A DNA stretch of 64,000 bases from Octopus vulgaris (taxonomy: Eukaryota). Below the pieces are notes generated by a model. It had not been told where the DNA came from. It worked only from the letters and a program-made list of their open reading frames with translations, and did not search any database. Of this stretch, positions 38,693 through 52,920 are shown piece by piece. Both the position numbers and the translations under genes were made by a program. The stretch spans positions 9,796,001 through 9,860,000 of the forward strand of contig OX597814.1 in NCBI GenBank assembly GCA_951406725.2, given 5' to 3'. Numbering within the stretch: the first letter of the stretch is position 1; every line of letters starts with the position of its first letter.

Positions 38693-39075
38693 GCGCAGAA
38701 GTGGCTGTGTGATAAGTAGCTTGCTTACCAAACACATGGTTCCTGGTTCAGTCCCACTGAATTGCACCTTGGGCAAGTGTCTTCTTCTGTAGCCTAAGGC
38801 CGACTAAAGTCTTGTGAGTGGATTTGGTAGACGGAAACTGAAAGAAGCCCGTCGCATATATGTATGTAAGAGTATATGTTTGTGTGTTTGTGCTTGTCGC
38901 CCCACCATCGCTTGACAACCGATGTTGGTGTGTTTAGGTCACCCGTAACCTAGCAGTTCGGCGAAAGAGACCTATAGAAGAAGTACTTACAAAGAATAAG
39001 TCCTGGGGTCCATTTTTTCGACTAAAGGCTCCCCGCTTGGCTGAAGTCTAATGACTGAAACAAACAAAAGAAAAT
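38693..39075 (+). mobile_element. SINE family A with a fold-back duplicated head
   Basis: Full colinear copy; 38662-38727 is a palindrome of its first 33 nt. Confidence 0.88.
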
Positions 39076-39106
39076 ATAAAAGAATATACAAATATATATA
39101 TAGTGA

Positions 39107-39154
<48 letters not shown>

Positions 39155-39155
39155 G

Positions 39156-39186
<31 letters not shown>

Positions 39187-39221
39187 GTCTGTCTGCTTGT
39201 TTGTCTGTCTATCGATCTATG

Positions 39222-39303
<82 letters not shown>

Positions 39304-39944
39304 CCCGTCCAACCATTTATCTCTCATTTTCTCTCCACCACTTCACATGACCATTTCTTGTGCATCATTTGTTGTCATTGTAAAAGAACAGCCAAAGTTA
39401 GCCACAGAAGAAAAGGTAGAAAGTAAGAAAGAAAGAAAAACAAGAAAGAAAGAAAAGTATGGAAGAAATATATAAAAAAAAGTTAGGAAGGGAAGATATT
39501 ATAAAAGAAGGGGAAAACGGAATTAAAGAAAGAGAAATAACAGAAAAATAGACGAAGAAAGGACTCTAAAAGAAAGGATACATAGAAAGACAAACAGAAA
39601 AAGAAAGAAAGAAATATAGGATAGAAAGAGGAAAGAAGAAAGTCATGAAAGAAGAAAGGAAAGAAAGAGAAAAAGAAAAGAAATAAAATATCTTCCACTT
39701 TACATCATTCTCACCCAGACACAATGATTTCCTTGGAAAACATCGAAATTGAGAGTTTTACCATGGGGCCTGCTCCTCGACCTTCTTAACCTCCACTCAC
39801 CACAAAACTTATGGGATGTCAATAATAATAAGTTTTATCGATCGAGCGGTGTCAGGAAAAGGAGCGTATCGTCTTCTGTTAGGTCCGATATGTGATAAAC
39901 AACATCACGGACAGTGATGGACCAAAGTTTGGTGTGTGCCTGAA

Positions 39945-40830
39945 TGTGTGTGCGTGTTTGTGAGTGAGTGTGTGTGTGTGTGTGTGTGTGAGTGTATGTA
40001 TTGTGTGTGTGTGTGTTTGTGTGTGTTCGTGTTCATGTGTGTTTGTGGGTATGTGTGTTCGTATGTATTTGTGTTTGTGTGTATACTCGTGTGAGTGTGT
40101 GTGTGTATTATGTGTGTATGTATTATGTGTGTGTGTATTATGTGTGTATGTATTATGTGTGTGTGTATTATGTGTGTGTGTGTGTGTGAGCGTATATATT
40201 GTGCTTGTTTGTATTTGTGTGTGAATATGTGTACCTGTGTGTGTGTGCATGTGTGTTTGTGGGTATGTGTGTTTGTGTGTATGTGTGTTTGTGTGTATGC
40301 TCGTGTGAATGTTTGTGTGTGTGTATTATGTGTGTGTGTGTGTGTGTATGAATGTATATATTGAGCGTGTGTTTGTGTTTGTGTGTGAATATGTGTACCT
40401 GTGTGTATTTGTGTGCATGTGTGTTTGTGGGTATGAGTGTTTGTGGGTATGTGTGTTTGTGGGTATGTGTGTTTGTGGGTATGTGTGTTTGTGTGTATGT
40501 GTGTTTGTGTGCATGCTCGTGTGAATGTTTGTGTGTGTGTATTATGTGTGTGTGTGTGTGTGTATGAATGTATATATTGAGCGTGTGTTTGTGTGTGTAT
40601 TATGTGTGTGTGTGTATGTGTGCGTGTGTAAAGTATTTTTTTATCATTTGTTTTTACTAACAAGCGAGTTTGAGGGTTTGCATATGTCTCTTTATGTATG
40701 TTTGTATGTGTGTATACATATATGTGTATGCATGAATGTGTGTATGTATATATATATATATGTGTGTGTGTATGTGTGTGTTGTGTGTGTGTATGTGTGT
40801 GTGTGTATGTGTGTGTTTGTGTGTATGTAT
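39945..40830. repeat. GT-rich compound minisatellite with higher-order duplications
   Basis: Blocks such as gtgtatgaatgtatatattgagcgtgtgtttgtg and gtgggtatgtgtgttt recur. Confidence 0.9.
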
Positions 40831-41122
40831 ATGTATGGATGGTCAGTTATATAAAAAATATATGTATACACACAATAGGATATATGTCTATGTTTACATA
40901 TACTTCTGTCTTTCTTTCTCTCCCTATCTGTCTGTCTGTCTGTCTATCTGTCTGTCTGTCACACACACTTCACACTCGCATACACAAATGCACACAAATG
41001 CACACACAGACGCACACATACACATTTGCATGCAAGGATATATAATACTCGTATTAGGTGTATATATAAAGGAGAGAACAGTACAAAGATACATGGAAAG
41101 ATAAGAGAGAGAGAGAGAGAAA

Positions 41123-41160
<38 letters not shown>

Positions 41161-41577
41161 CAGAGCAAATGAGTGTGTGAAGGAAGGAATGTATGTATAT
41201 GTCAAACACCTAAGTAGTAAAACACCGAGGCTGTTATAGGATTTCCAGAATGTTCCCAGATGGAACAGTTAATATGGTAAGTTCCAGTTACAACACAAGA
41301 ATCAGATTGTATCTATTATATCACAGACGTATCCTTAGTTTTTTTTTACTTCTTTTCCTTCCCTTATGTTTTTCTGAATCCTTTTTACCCCCCCCCCCCC
41401 ACATTTTGCTTCTTCCCCTACACATATTTTAACTCTCTCTGTCAGTCTGTCTGTCTGTTGCTGACCCTTTCCCTACATAACTATCTGTATATTTTTATCA
41501 GACCTTTTTTATTTCTGACAAAGCAATCTCCTTGTTTCTATCTCTCCGTCTCTCTCTATCTCTCACGTTACCAAGTG

Positions 41578-41650
<73 letters not shown>

Positions 41651-42050
41651 CGTCTGTCAGTCTGTCTGTCTGTCTGTCTGCCTATTCATCCATCTCTTTC
41701 TGTATGTCTTTCTCTCTACCTCCTCCTCTCTCCCCTCCTCTCTCTATGTCCTTTTTCATTATGTTTCTTTTTTGTCTTCCAAGTATCTTCTGCCTCACCT
41801 CTTTTTTTCTCTATTCTTTCATCATTTCATTCCTTCAGTTTCTCTTCGTTTCATTCTGTCATTTTTCTTCTTTTATGTTATTTCTTCATTTCACCTAATT
41901 CTTTATTATATGCCGGAAAAATGAACGCAAGAATATGATCCATCTGATGTTCATGGATACTAAAGACTGTACTGTAATCATCTGGAATACGGACTATGAT
42001 CTTAAGAAACACCTGATTTGTGGAAACGCGCGTATGAATTCCATCTATAG

Positions 42051-42110
<60 letters not shown>

Positions 42111-42664
42111 GAGTGAGAGAACAGTTCATGCCATCAAAGTGACACTGGGGTAAAATATACGAAGCCCAATATACCCATCATGACTACCCGTCTGATAAAG
42201 GTACACCAGGCACATGCATCACAACCATATGTGCGCGCCATGGTGATCTCATATCAAGATAAACAGCACATGACCTTGCAGGTGGGGCCCAGTTAGAATT
42301 TTTTTCAGGTTGAGTAGCCCATCCCGCTCAAACGGTCCCTGAATAAGGGTTGTTTAAGGATGTTGAAAAAACCACCCATGTTTCCAGAGGTGAATTATCC
42401 AAACCCCAAAGAATCCCTCTCAACACATGGCTATGATGCTCCCCCACTACTTCTGCTCGTGATCAGAGATGCACATATCGTCACCCACTAAAGGACATGC
42501 TCAACTGGTTAAGGTCAAACAACTGACAAGCAAATCTGTGGTATTGAGCAGAATATTTGCTGTAGGCCATCTTTTATACCAAGACAAAACAATGTACATG
42601 ATGACACTTCCAATCAGTTAAGATCAGAAGCCATGAGAGCCACTGCCTGGTACTGCATCAGGGC

Positions 42665-42665
<1 letters not shown>
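42111..42665. mobile_element. TAA-embedded 555-bp non-coding element
   Basis: Highly similar to 32770-33324, same termini and length, (TTA)n on both sides. Confidence 0.9.
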
Positions 42666-42736
<71 letters not shown>

Positions 42737-42873
42737 CCTACATTGTATAGGCACAACTCGGTGTAACCTCAGAAAACTGTTATTTTCAGTCGGTATCATT
42801 AGGTTCTAACCGGCATAATAAAATTGGAGCTTTTGAATGCATATTCAAAACATTTATTCTAAACGAACTTAAA

Positions 42874-42948
<75 letters not shown>

Positions 42949-43021
42949 TACATACATAAATATATGTGTGTGTGTACGTGTATGTTGTGTCTGTGTGTTT
43001 GTATATATATGTGTGTACATG

Positions 43022-43112
<91 letters not shown>

Positions 43113-43819
43113 GTATGAGAGGGATGATCACTATGTGGACAACCCTTATACTAGAAGTAGATCCGCTATGGTCTTACCACTAAGAAATGTTCTCAAGAAA
43201 AATTTAGCAAACATCAGAAACGTAATCGAGCAAGACAAAAGAAAAGCAATAAAATATGGATTATTCACACGTAAATGTCCGTAGATCTTCGGTGTGACCG
43301 TCCAAATAAATACAATTTGCAGAACTATGTACTAGGACGTCCGCACAAAGTCGGATTTGTATATAGTTCTACCTTTTACACTCGTGGTTACTATTCAAAT
43401 GTCTTCGTTTTGGCACGCTAAATTACCGGAAAAATAATTTATTGAAAAGGAATGTGATAATCACCTAAAATTGCGATGTGCCTTGTTATTATTGGATAGT
43501 AAAAATGACTGAGATTGATCGTCTTACTGAGTTAGATAATCCTAAGGAGCGAGTAAACCTAATGACAAAACTCACATATATTAATATATACAGTCCCATC
43601 TTTAACTCATAGTTTTCAAAGAAGAATTTTTAGACTATAAACAAATAAAGGAATCTTCGAGTATGTGACTCCATACTCGAGCAATCGCATTGTTTGATAG
43701 TTCTGATTCTGTCACTATCATTGAACTGTATTGATAGCCAAGACACATAACTCACAATAATCAAATACAGTTACCGCCATTTATGTATTACTCGGCTCGA
43801 TACCAAAGTTCATCCTGAA

Positions 43820-44078
43820 GGCCGTCGATGCTAAATCGGTGCCCATGTGATCCTTGGGTCCATATAAGGCTTTGTTGTTAAAGCTTATGTGCAATAAATT
43901 ACTTACACTTCTACAATACATAAAATATTTTAATTTTTTAAATACAATTTCTAATAATATTTAATTATAAAAATATAATAGGATATATTTTTAAACAACG
44001 AATGGCTATGGGGATCTCTTAGGGTAAAATAGTGATCAAAGGAGTCCATAGGACAAAAACGGTTGAGAAACATTACTG
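43820..44078. mobile_element. Degenerate hAT-like MITE
   Basis: Right end gtccataggacaaaaacggttgagaaacattactg resembles CAGTGGTTCTCAACC-type termini; gtccat subterminal motifs at both ends; left TIR decayed. Confidence 0.4.
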
Positions 44079-44463
44079 AAAGAAGAGGTGTGCTTAAGTC
44101 ATTTCCATTATATTTTACACAGGTAAAAGCAATATTTTTCTTGTCAGCGATAACCAACAATCATACTTAGACAGGAATAAAAAAAACTCCACTACCACAA
44201 ACAGCAAACCAAGCATCTTGATTGAGAGTTTCCAGGTAGGTTTTGAGAAGAAAGTTTCCCTCAAAATTCTACCGTCTTGGCCTTAATGGATAATGTATTT
44301 TGAGGTATACTGTTCCTGATAAAAATAACAAGATACCTACGGCTTTTCTTTTGGTTGTAAGCCTGTTATATTAGAGTGAACTCAAGCTTAAGTAACAACA
44401 ACTCTCTTTCTCTCGCCCCCCCCTCTCTCTCTCTCTGCTCCTCTCACTTAGCTAACAAAATTG

Positions 44464-44535
<72 letters not shown>

Positions 44536-45817
44536 GCTTGCTAGCTAGCTAGGTAGTTGGCTGTCTATTTTTATGTATTTTCTCCTCTGTATTTGTATAC
44601 GCGCACGTGCACACACTCGCATACACACGCACACAAGAAAAGACACACACATACATATACACACATATGCATAGATAAATGCTTATATATTGACACAGAG
44701 ACGTACATTGGAGTGAATGTTTATGTTTATGCGAAAAAGGAAAAGAGAGAAGAGACGGGCCAACACAGTGCGTGTATATGTGTGTGCGTTTATACGTATC
44801 TATGTATGTGTGTCTGCATATCCGTACGTGTGTGTGTGTGTCTGCTATTGTGATAATATAGGAATGAGTTAAATGTAAGTTTACTATTTATCCTAATTCC
44901 ACTTATTTGAGAATTTACGATCTATTACTACACTTGCTTCGATCCACATTGCTCAGCTATATCTGACCAAAACGACAACCCCTGGCTTCTCCAATTTTCT
45001 GGCAGCAAAACAACTCTTGTGGGAAATAACAAACAATTTTGGCAGATTATAGTTCTTGGAAACGAGAAGTGTGTGACCATTACTGGCAGACTGAGCTAGT
45101 GATATATCGGTACAACTTTCAAATGGAGAAGCCATTTAAATGTTTTAGCTACAATACACTTAATACGAAGTATAGCATCAAAGAAAGAAAAGAGCGGAAA
45201 GAGAGGAGAGAGAGGGGGAGAATGAGAGAGAGAGTGGGAGAGAGAGTAAATGTGGGAGAGAGGAGGAGTAAAGGATTGATAAATACATAGAAGATAGAAG
45301 ATTCAGATCAACAGAGAATAAAATACAATAAAAGTGGTTGGTAATAGAAAATACTTCAAAAGTTGTGAATTTTGGAGAAATGGAATATACAAGTTGATAT
45401 TGCGGAGTAACTCCTGTGAAGCATGATCGAGTAAATCTATGATAAAAGCATTCCGGTCATGAACAACTCGTCGTTTTAGGCACATTTCTAAGAACAGGTT
45501 ATTCAATGTGCCTTTTCTTTACGAATGTGAGGGTGCGATTTAACATGGTTTTTACGTTCTTTCTGTCTTTCTGTTTGGCTGCTTGCTTCTCCCCTCTCAT
45601 TCTTTCGCTCTCTCTCTCTCTCTCTCTCTCTCTATACATGCAGGGAAGTATATATGTATACATGCATACGTATACATACATACATACATACATATATACA
45701 TACATATATACATACATATATATACATATATATATATATACATACATATACATATATATACATATACATTTATATATATATATATATACACATACATATA
45801 CATACATACATACATGC

Positions 45818-45946
<129 letters not shown>

Positions 45947-45975
45947 GAGAGAGAGAGAGAGAGAGAGAGATACGT

Positions 45976-46350
45976 GGAGGCGCAATGGCCCAGTAGTCAG
46001 GGCAGTGGACTCGCGGTCGTGGGAACGCGGTTTTCGATTCCCAGACCGGGCGCTGTGAGTGTTTATTGAGCGAAAGCACCTAAAGCTTCATGAGGCTCTA
46101 GCAGGGGTTGGTGGTGAACCCTGCTGTATTCTTTCACCACAATTTTCTCTCACTCTTTCTTCCTGTTTCTCTTGTACCTGTATTTTGAAAGGGCCAGCCT
46201 TGTCACACTCGCTGAATCTCCCCGAGAACTACGTTAAGGGTACATGTATCTGTGGAGTGCTCAGCCACTTGCTCGTTAATTTCCCGAGCAGGCTGTTCCG
46301 TTGATCCGATCAACTGGAACCCCCGTCTTCGTAACCGACGGGGTGCCACA
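45976..46350 (+). mobile_element. SINE family C with an alternative 3' module
   Basis: First ~190 bp colinear with 23277-23475, then a different tail ending gtaaccgacggggtgccaca. Confidence 0.85.
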
Positions 46351-46374
46351 ATATACATAAACATACATGCATAA

Positions 46375-46431
<57 letters not shown>

Positions 46432-46432
<1 letters not shown>

Positions 46433-47617
46433 CAGGTCATCCCATAAATTCTGTTCAAATTTTGAATAAAGAAAACAAGTGATGAAATGTTATATGTAAT
46501 TGAAATTTAATTATCACTGTATTTTCTCTGATTATCTAAGACTTCCTTCCATCTATCTACAAGCTTTTTTATCCTGGCTTGCGAAAGTTATGTCCCCCAA
46601 ATGGTTTTGTAAACTACGAAACAAATGGTAGTCTGAAGGAGCATGGTCGGGAAAATAAGGCGGATGAGGAATTTTTTCCAAGCCAAGCTCTTCGATCTTC
46701 TGTGATGTGATCTTTGCATTGTGGGGGCGCGCATTGTCCTGGTGAAACATCACTTTTCGATTCACTAAAGCAGGTCTTTTTTTCTTCAAGGCTTGGTTCA
46801 AACGCTCTAATTGTTGACTTGAGCATTGATTGTTGCATTAGTTGGTAACAATTCAAGGTGAATTACTCCTTTGCAATCCCACCAGATACAGAGAAGAACC
46901 TTTTTCCCATGAAGTTCCCTTCTCGGTTGTGAGTGAGCTATTTCCTTTTTACCAAGCCACTGTTTACGACGTTTAACATTTCGATAGAAGATTTATTTTT
47001 CGTCACCAGTCACAAGTCTATCCAAAAAGGGTGTAATGAGTTCGCGAGAATGGAGAGGAGAGGGTTTGCGGTTACTTTCGGACAATTCACAAGGCACCCA
47101 TTTTCCAAGTTTAGGAACCTTTCCAAGTTCTTGAAGATGAAGATGAACAGTTGTATGGTTTAAACTAAGCTTTATTGCCAAATCTTCAACTGATAATGCA
47201 GGATTTTCTTCAAGTAATGCCTCGAAGAGCTTATCATCAAACTCAACTGTACGTCCTGTTCAAAGCTGAAATCTCCACTTCTGAATTTTGCAAACCATCT
47301 TCTGCAAGTTCTTTCATTCAAGCATACTTTCCCATAAATTGAGTGTATGTTTCGAGTCGCTTCGGCTGCAGTGTTTCCTTTTTTGTACTCATAAAACATT
47401 ATGTGCCTTAAATGCTCTTTGGATACTTTCATGTTAGAAAGGGCTTTAATCAAAGAAATTTTAATTCTATTATTCTGTAAAATTGTATTTAATTAGTTTA
47501 GATGTACACAAATTCATAAAAATAATTTTAATTCCATTAGACATTCTAAAATACTATTAAATTTCATTCAATTTAAAAAAAAAGGTAAAATCAGACAGAA
47601 CTTATGGGATGACTTGA
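46432..47617 (-). mobile_element. Mariner DNA transposon (1186 bp), inactive
   Basis: TIRs tcaggtcatcccataaattctgt / acagaacttatgggatgacttga, TA at 46430-46431 and 47618-47619. Confidence 0.93.
46530..47432 (-). pseudogene. Mariner DD34D transposase pseudogene
   Basis: MKVSKEHLRHIMFYEYKKG, WVPCEL, LVTGDEK, HQDNARPH, PYFPDHAPSDYHLF motifs split over several frames. Confidence 0.93.
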
Positions 47618-47649
47618 TATATGTATGTATATATGTATATTTATGTACC

Positions 47650-48745
47650 AGATGGTTGTGGCGTCTTTTTCTACTTTAATTTCTTTCGGGATAATATTGA
47701 AAAGAGCGGGACCATTTGCAGTGAAAATATTGTGTTGCAATGTTCTTATGCGATATGATCTCGACCTTTGTAGGGGACGCATTGAACGGGGTCCTAGTCT
47801 TGGGTAAATTGTAAACATAATACTGATATCATTTGGATAATATTGGTGGAATATTTTCTACATGATGCAAATAATGTATCGCTTACGGCGGCGTTGTAGA
47901 GAATAGAGTTTCAGCTGTTTAAGTCGAGCCCAATAATCAAGTCCTGTCATGCCATTTATTTTTTTAGTGATTGATCTTTGTGGCGCTTCGATCCTCATTA
48001 TGTCTTGTTTTTTTTTTTTGTAGGAGGACCACAGTGGGCAGTAGTATTCGAGGTGAAGCCTAGCGAATGTGGAGAAGAGAAAGATGATGATTTCATGATC
48101 CCTAGATTGAAAAGTTCTGAGGATCCATGAGAACATTCTGCGGCCAACATCAACTTTTTTTTTTTGATGCGCACACTTCAGCTAAGGTTGCTGTCGAAAG
48201 TTACACCTAAGTCTCTGATATTATCCGACAGTGCAAGTAGGTCTCCCAACAGTAGTGTAATGCTTGTTTGAGTGTACCCTCTTTTCCAAAGTGGATGAGC
48301 TCAATTTTTCTTTTGGTTCAGCTGCATATGGTTTTTTTTTTTTGTTTTTTTTTTGTGTGTCCACTAGGTTACTGCACATGGGTCCGATTGAAGCATCTTA
48401 CGATCATATTCTCCTTTAATGAATTTCTGAAGCTTAGAGTCATCTGCAAATATTTTGATGGTTTTATGTTCAATGGAATCTGCAATGTCGTTGATATAGA
48501 CAATAAAAAAAAGTGGAGTCAGCACAGTAACCTGCGGGGACTCCGCTGATGACTTTAGCTGGACTTTTGAGTGGATGCCATCAACCACAACATGCTGGGT
48601 CCTGTTTGTTAGGAAATACTTAATCCATTGAAGTAGCTTTCCACCGACTCCAGCGTTGGATAGTTTCCTTAACAATATATTGTGATCGACTCTGTCAAAG
48701 AACTTTCTAAAATCACGGTGTATGACATCGGCGTTGGACCCCCTT
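47650..48745 (-). mobile_element. CR1-clade LINE reverse transcriptase 3' fragment (pseudogene)
   Basis: FDRVDH..LRKL..GVGGKLLQWIKYFLTNRTQHVVVDG, PQ.TVL.PLFFIVYINDI, FADDSK, LEY.CPLWS, LKLYSLQRRR. Confidence 0.9.
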
Positions 48746-48748
48746 TAG

Positions 48749-49403
48749 AAATCTGTTTCTAAAGGGTTGCATTCCCCCGCGTTCAGTGTCGTGTATATTT
48801 ATTAAAGTAGTTTGACTTTAGAGTCCCATTACAGCGTGAGGCGTTTACTTGTAGTAATGGCCCTTAATATAATGAATGTATTTATATTTAAAGGAAAAAT
48901 TGTATACTTTGTATGAATTTTTTTCTAAACTTCTTTTTTCACGCTGACTACTTGATAAATTATTACATAGATGTTATCCTTATATTTTATTAAAAATTAA
49001 ACCAGAATAGATTCAGTGCTAAATTATTCCGACTATAAACGTGTACCGAGATGTAATTTGAGAAGCCCGTCTTTTACATGGATATATAAGTGCGAGGATT
49101 TATGTATGTTATGTTGGATACGTTTGCTGTTCACTTGGTTTGTACAAATGCTCATATTTATGTGTTCTGGTTATGTTTGCACTGAAGATTGGAGAGAGTA
49201 TTTTACACGTTGACCATGAAATCATTAATGGTATGCGACTAAATCTGTTTCTAAAGGGTAGTTTCCATGTTGCATTCCTTCGCTTTTGGTGCCGTGTATA
49301 TTTATTGAAGTAGTTTGACTTTAGAGTCCCATTACATCGTGAGGCGTTTACTTATAGTAATAGCCCTTAATATAATGAGTGTATTTATATTTAAAGGAAA
49401 ATT
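48749..49403. repeat. ~155-bp direct duplication (48749-48903 and 49241-49403)
   Basis: aaatctgtttctaaagggt...agtagtttgactttagagtcccattaca...ttaaaggaaaa occurs twice. Confidence 0.9.
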
Positions 49404-49759
49404 GTTGAGTATATAAACAGTTTGGCTGCTTGTTTTTCAGTCTGCGGAGAAATAGCTAAAATTTGTACTGTTCATAATTATGCCATATATTACATATTTA
49501 TTATATCATACCTTGATACTGTGTGGACTAAGATCCCCGTTGACAGGCCACTGGTATGAGTGTTAAACACTTTCGGTATGCAAATTAGGTATTCCTTCAT
49601 AGAATAACTGCTGCATTTTTAGAGTATATAAACAGAATGATGTAGACGCCTCTGATGAGAACTCAATAAGGTTCAAAAATCGATTAGGATTGTTCATAAT
49701 TTTTTTTCAGTCTGTGGAGAAATAGCTAAAATTTGTCCTGTCTATGATTATACCATATG

Positions 49760-49801
<42 letters not shown>

Positions 49802-49879
49802 AGTACTTGGAGAAGAACGAAAAGAAACGAACGAATCGAATCGAATCGACGGGTGGGCGCTCAGTCATACAATAGTGTA

Positions 49880-50137
49880 ATAAATAAAATATATGCATAC
49901 ATACATACATATATGTACGTACCTACATCTACATGTGTATATACATGCATATATAAATATATATACGTGAATACAGGACACCACAAGTAGACGTAGAACT
50001 CAACGAGAAACGAAAACGGAAAAACAAGCGTGGAACAGACCATTTTTTTACAACGAAAAACAGAGTACAAGACAAACTACACAAGGAAAAATCCCCTTCA
50101 TCAGCTGTCCCTAGTTCAACTCCAGCGTGTTTCGAAC
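49880..50137 (-). mobile_element. Repeat family H copy 3
   Basis: Minus strand ttcgaaacacgc...agggacagctgatgaaggggattttt...gtgtcctgta. Confidence 0.75.
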
Positions 50138-50924
50138 ACCCAAATGCAAATCAATATATGTGTACTTGAGTGTGTTTTTCCGCACAGATATAACAACAAT
50201 AATGAACAACAACAAAAAATTATTCAAGTCGATGGCAAAATATTCGGTTATACAAGAGGGGGAAAAATAAATGTTTTCTTTCTACTAAACAAAATGCTTT
50301 TAATTTGGGTTACAGAAGGGAACAGAACGTCCTAATAAAGTTCCATAAAAACTCTCTCAATTGGTTGAATCAGGGCTACAGCAGGTGCCGCGCATTAGAA
50401 CTGAACTGGCTACTACATGAATGCAAGCGAGCTTCTTAATCACACACTCATGGCAGAAACTATGTGTTTTTCTGATATATTTGTAATAGTTAAGTTAAAG
50501 TAACAATTATATATCTCACTATTTCATCGGTCAGTTTATTGTCATTTTGTATTTGGATACATCAGAATCATTTTGGGACTAACAACACACCCGATACTTA
50601 TTTACATATAAATGTGTCCATATACATGCATACCTATCTACTCTTTAATACAGTCAATAAATATCTAACTACATTCATTCTTTCATTGAAAAGACTTCAA
50701 ACTTTTCGACGGCTATGTTATCAATCTTAAGAAACACGAAAGCCAAATTACCGATCAACAGATTCAATTACATTACATCCACAGACACGCGTGATAACGT
50801 GACAAAATGAGTAAGGTATTTAAATGAGATATAATGGCAAGTATTTCACGAGGCAATTTACTTATATCGGTACAAATAACTAAACTGTCGACTGCAAGGA
50901 ATGCTTTAATAGATATTTAGACCT

Positions 50925-51260
50925 AATAATGGTTTCAAATTTTGGTACAGTTTTAGGGTAATCCATGTGCTCCTATTTTATCGACCTCCTTCAAAACTTC
51001 CATGCTTCCTGAGATTCGCCAACACTACATCTGATTTTCTCCCCTCCATACACACGCAAGCATGTATCTGACTCATACACTTTCACTTTCCAGACATTTG
51101 TACATTACTGCATATGCTTTATACACACTTTTGACATATTGTGGTGCACCTGAGCACTGTATACAATAATATCATTATTATTAAAGTCGACATCGGCGGA
51201 ATTCGAACTCAGGGCGTGACCAGTCGGAAGATATACTGCTAAGCATTTTATCCGACGGTA
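50925..51260 (-). mobile_element. SINE family B interrupted by a ~195-bp insertion (50986-51183) resembling an L2/CR1 3' UTR
   Basis: tttatcgacc and aaagtcgacatcggcgg are separated by an insert ending gtgcacctgagcactgtatacaataat(att)n. Confidence 0.55.
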
Positions 51261-51609
51261 AGCATCTTGTAATCATGAATTCTAACATTGGTGCCAGGTC
51301 ACCAGATCTTAGAGGAGAGAGTTACTGTTGATTAGGTCGACCCAAGGATTTCAGCTGTTATTTAAGGATGAAAAAAAAAATTCAACTAGCAACAGGTTTT
51401 GAACTGAAAAAGTTTAAAGAAGCATTACCTAATACCCAAACGATTTTGTTTAGCTCTCTGCCAATTTCATTATCTAGCAAACATATTTCCATCGAAATAA
51501 TATAAATACAGATTATCTATTTGAGAAAATAATATCAAAACTCTGGATTTGATCATACGATGTCCAGACTTGGAATATCATTACACATATACATACATAC
51601 ATACATACA

Positions 51610-51640
<31 letters not shown>

Positions 51641-51651
51641 CTATCTATCTA

Positions 51652-51697
<46 letters not shown>

Positions 51698-52563
51698 TAT
51701 TTGTATGTGTGTGTATATATAGATATATGCAGGTATGAATGAGTATATATATATATAGACTCTATATTATTTACGTTTTGTTATAGTTGTTGCTGCTTTT
51801 ATTTAGTCCCAGCTCGACTATGACTGGAAAAACCTGAAAAACCTATGATAAAAGATATTCCAAACGTGGCCAACATACCTGTCACAGTATATCCAGGAAC
51901 ACATTTCTAATGTAGCCTCTTATATGATGTTAAGATATTACTGACTTAAAAAAGATTTGGCTACCCATATTTGAAGACTGAGCTATGAAACTAGTTGAAT
52001 AATGTTTCATTAATTGCGTACATCGTTTGCTAGCAAAAGTAAACGTAAAAATTCTATCATATAACTATTGCGGGGATATGTCTTACGCAAACTTTTCTTC
52101 TGTACAACATTTCTCAGCATTAAACCTGATCACAAACTCCTTTGTGTAGATAAGATTATCTTTAAACATGAGTATCAGTCGAGTCCTATCTATGATTCAC
52201 CGAAACTTATAAACGTTTACAACACTTTGTTAGGAATATGGAAAGCACTGGTGAAGCAAGAAACTTCAGTACTTAAACCACGAGCATCCAAATATTTGTA
52301 CTTGTGTGTCTTTGAACAAAACTAAGTATTCGGGTTACTGATGAAGATGCATTCATTCGTTCCCAGCAATTAGACAGCTTTTAAAAAAAATTTTATAGCA
52401 AATTTATCCTCTAACTTCCCTCTGATCTAGCATTTTCCAGTTCTAGTTCTTTGTTAACGTAAAGCAGATGCTCTTGAACTCCATACTTCTTTCTAGTTCG
52501 AACTATCTATCACTTTTTTTTAACATATAAAAGTTCGTAGATAAAAATCAACTGTCTGAGATC

Positions 52564-52564
<1 letters not shown>

Positions 52565-52631
<67 letters not shown>

Positions 52632-52662
52632 ATTATTATAATTATTATTATTATTATTATTA

Positions 52663-52700
<38 letters not shown>

Positions 52701-52710
52701 ATTATTATTA

Positions 52711-52769
<59 letters not shown>

Positions 52770-52777
52770 ATTATTAC

Positions 52778-52810
<33 letters not shown>

Positions 52811-52827
52811 CATCATCATCATCATCA

Positions 52828-52871
<44 letters not shown>

Positions 52872-52920
52872 ATTATTATTATTATTGTTATCATTATTAT
52901 TATTATTATTATTATTATTC
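52565..52920. repeat. (TTA)n array
   Basis: ~355 bp trinucleotide run. Confidence 0.97.

Noticed and set aside
45039-45290. EKPFKC zinc-finger linker-like peptide
   Set aside because: No CxxC or HxxxH spacing around it; the ORF runs into a GA repeat.
52335-52362. CTGATGAAG hammerhead-like box
   Set aside because: No downstream GAAA and no stems I/III.
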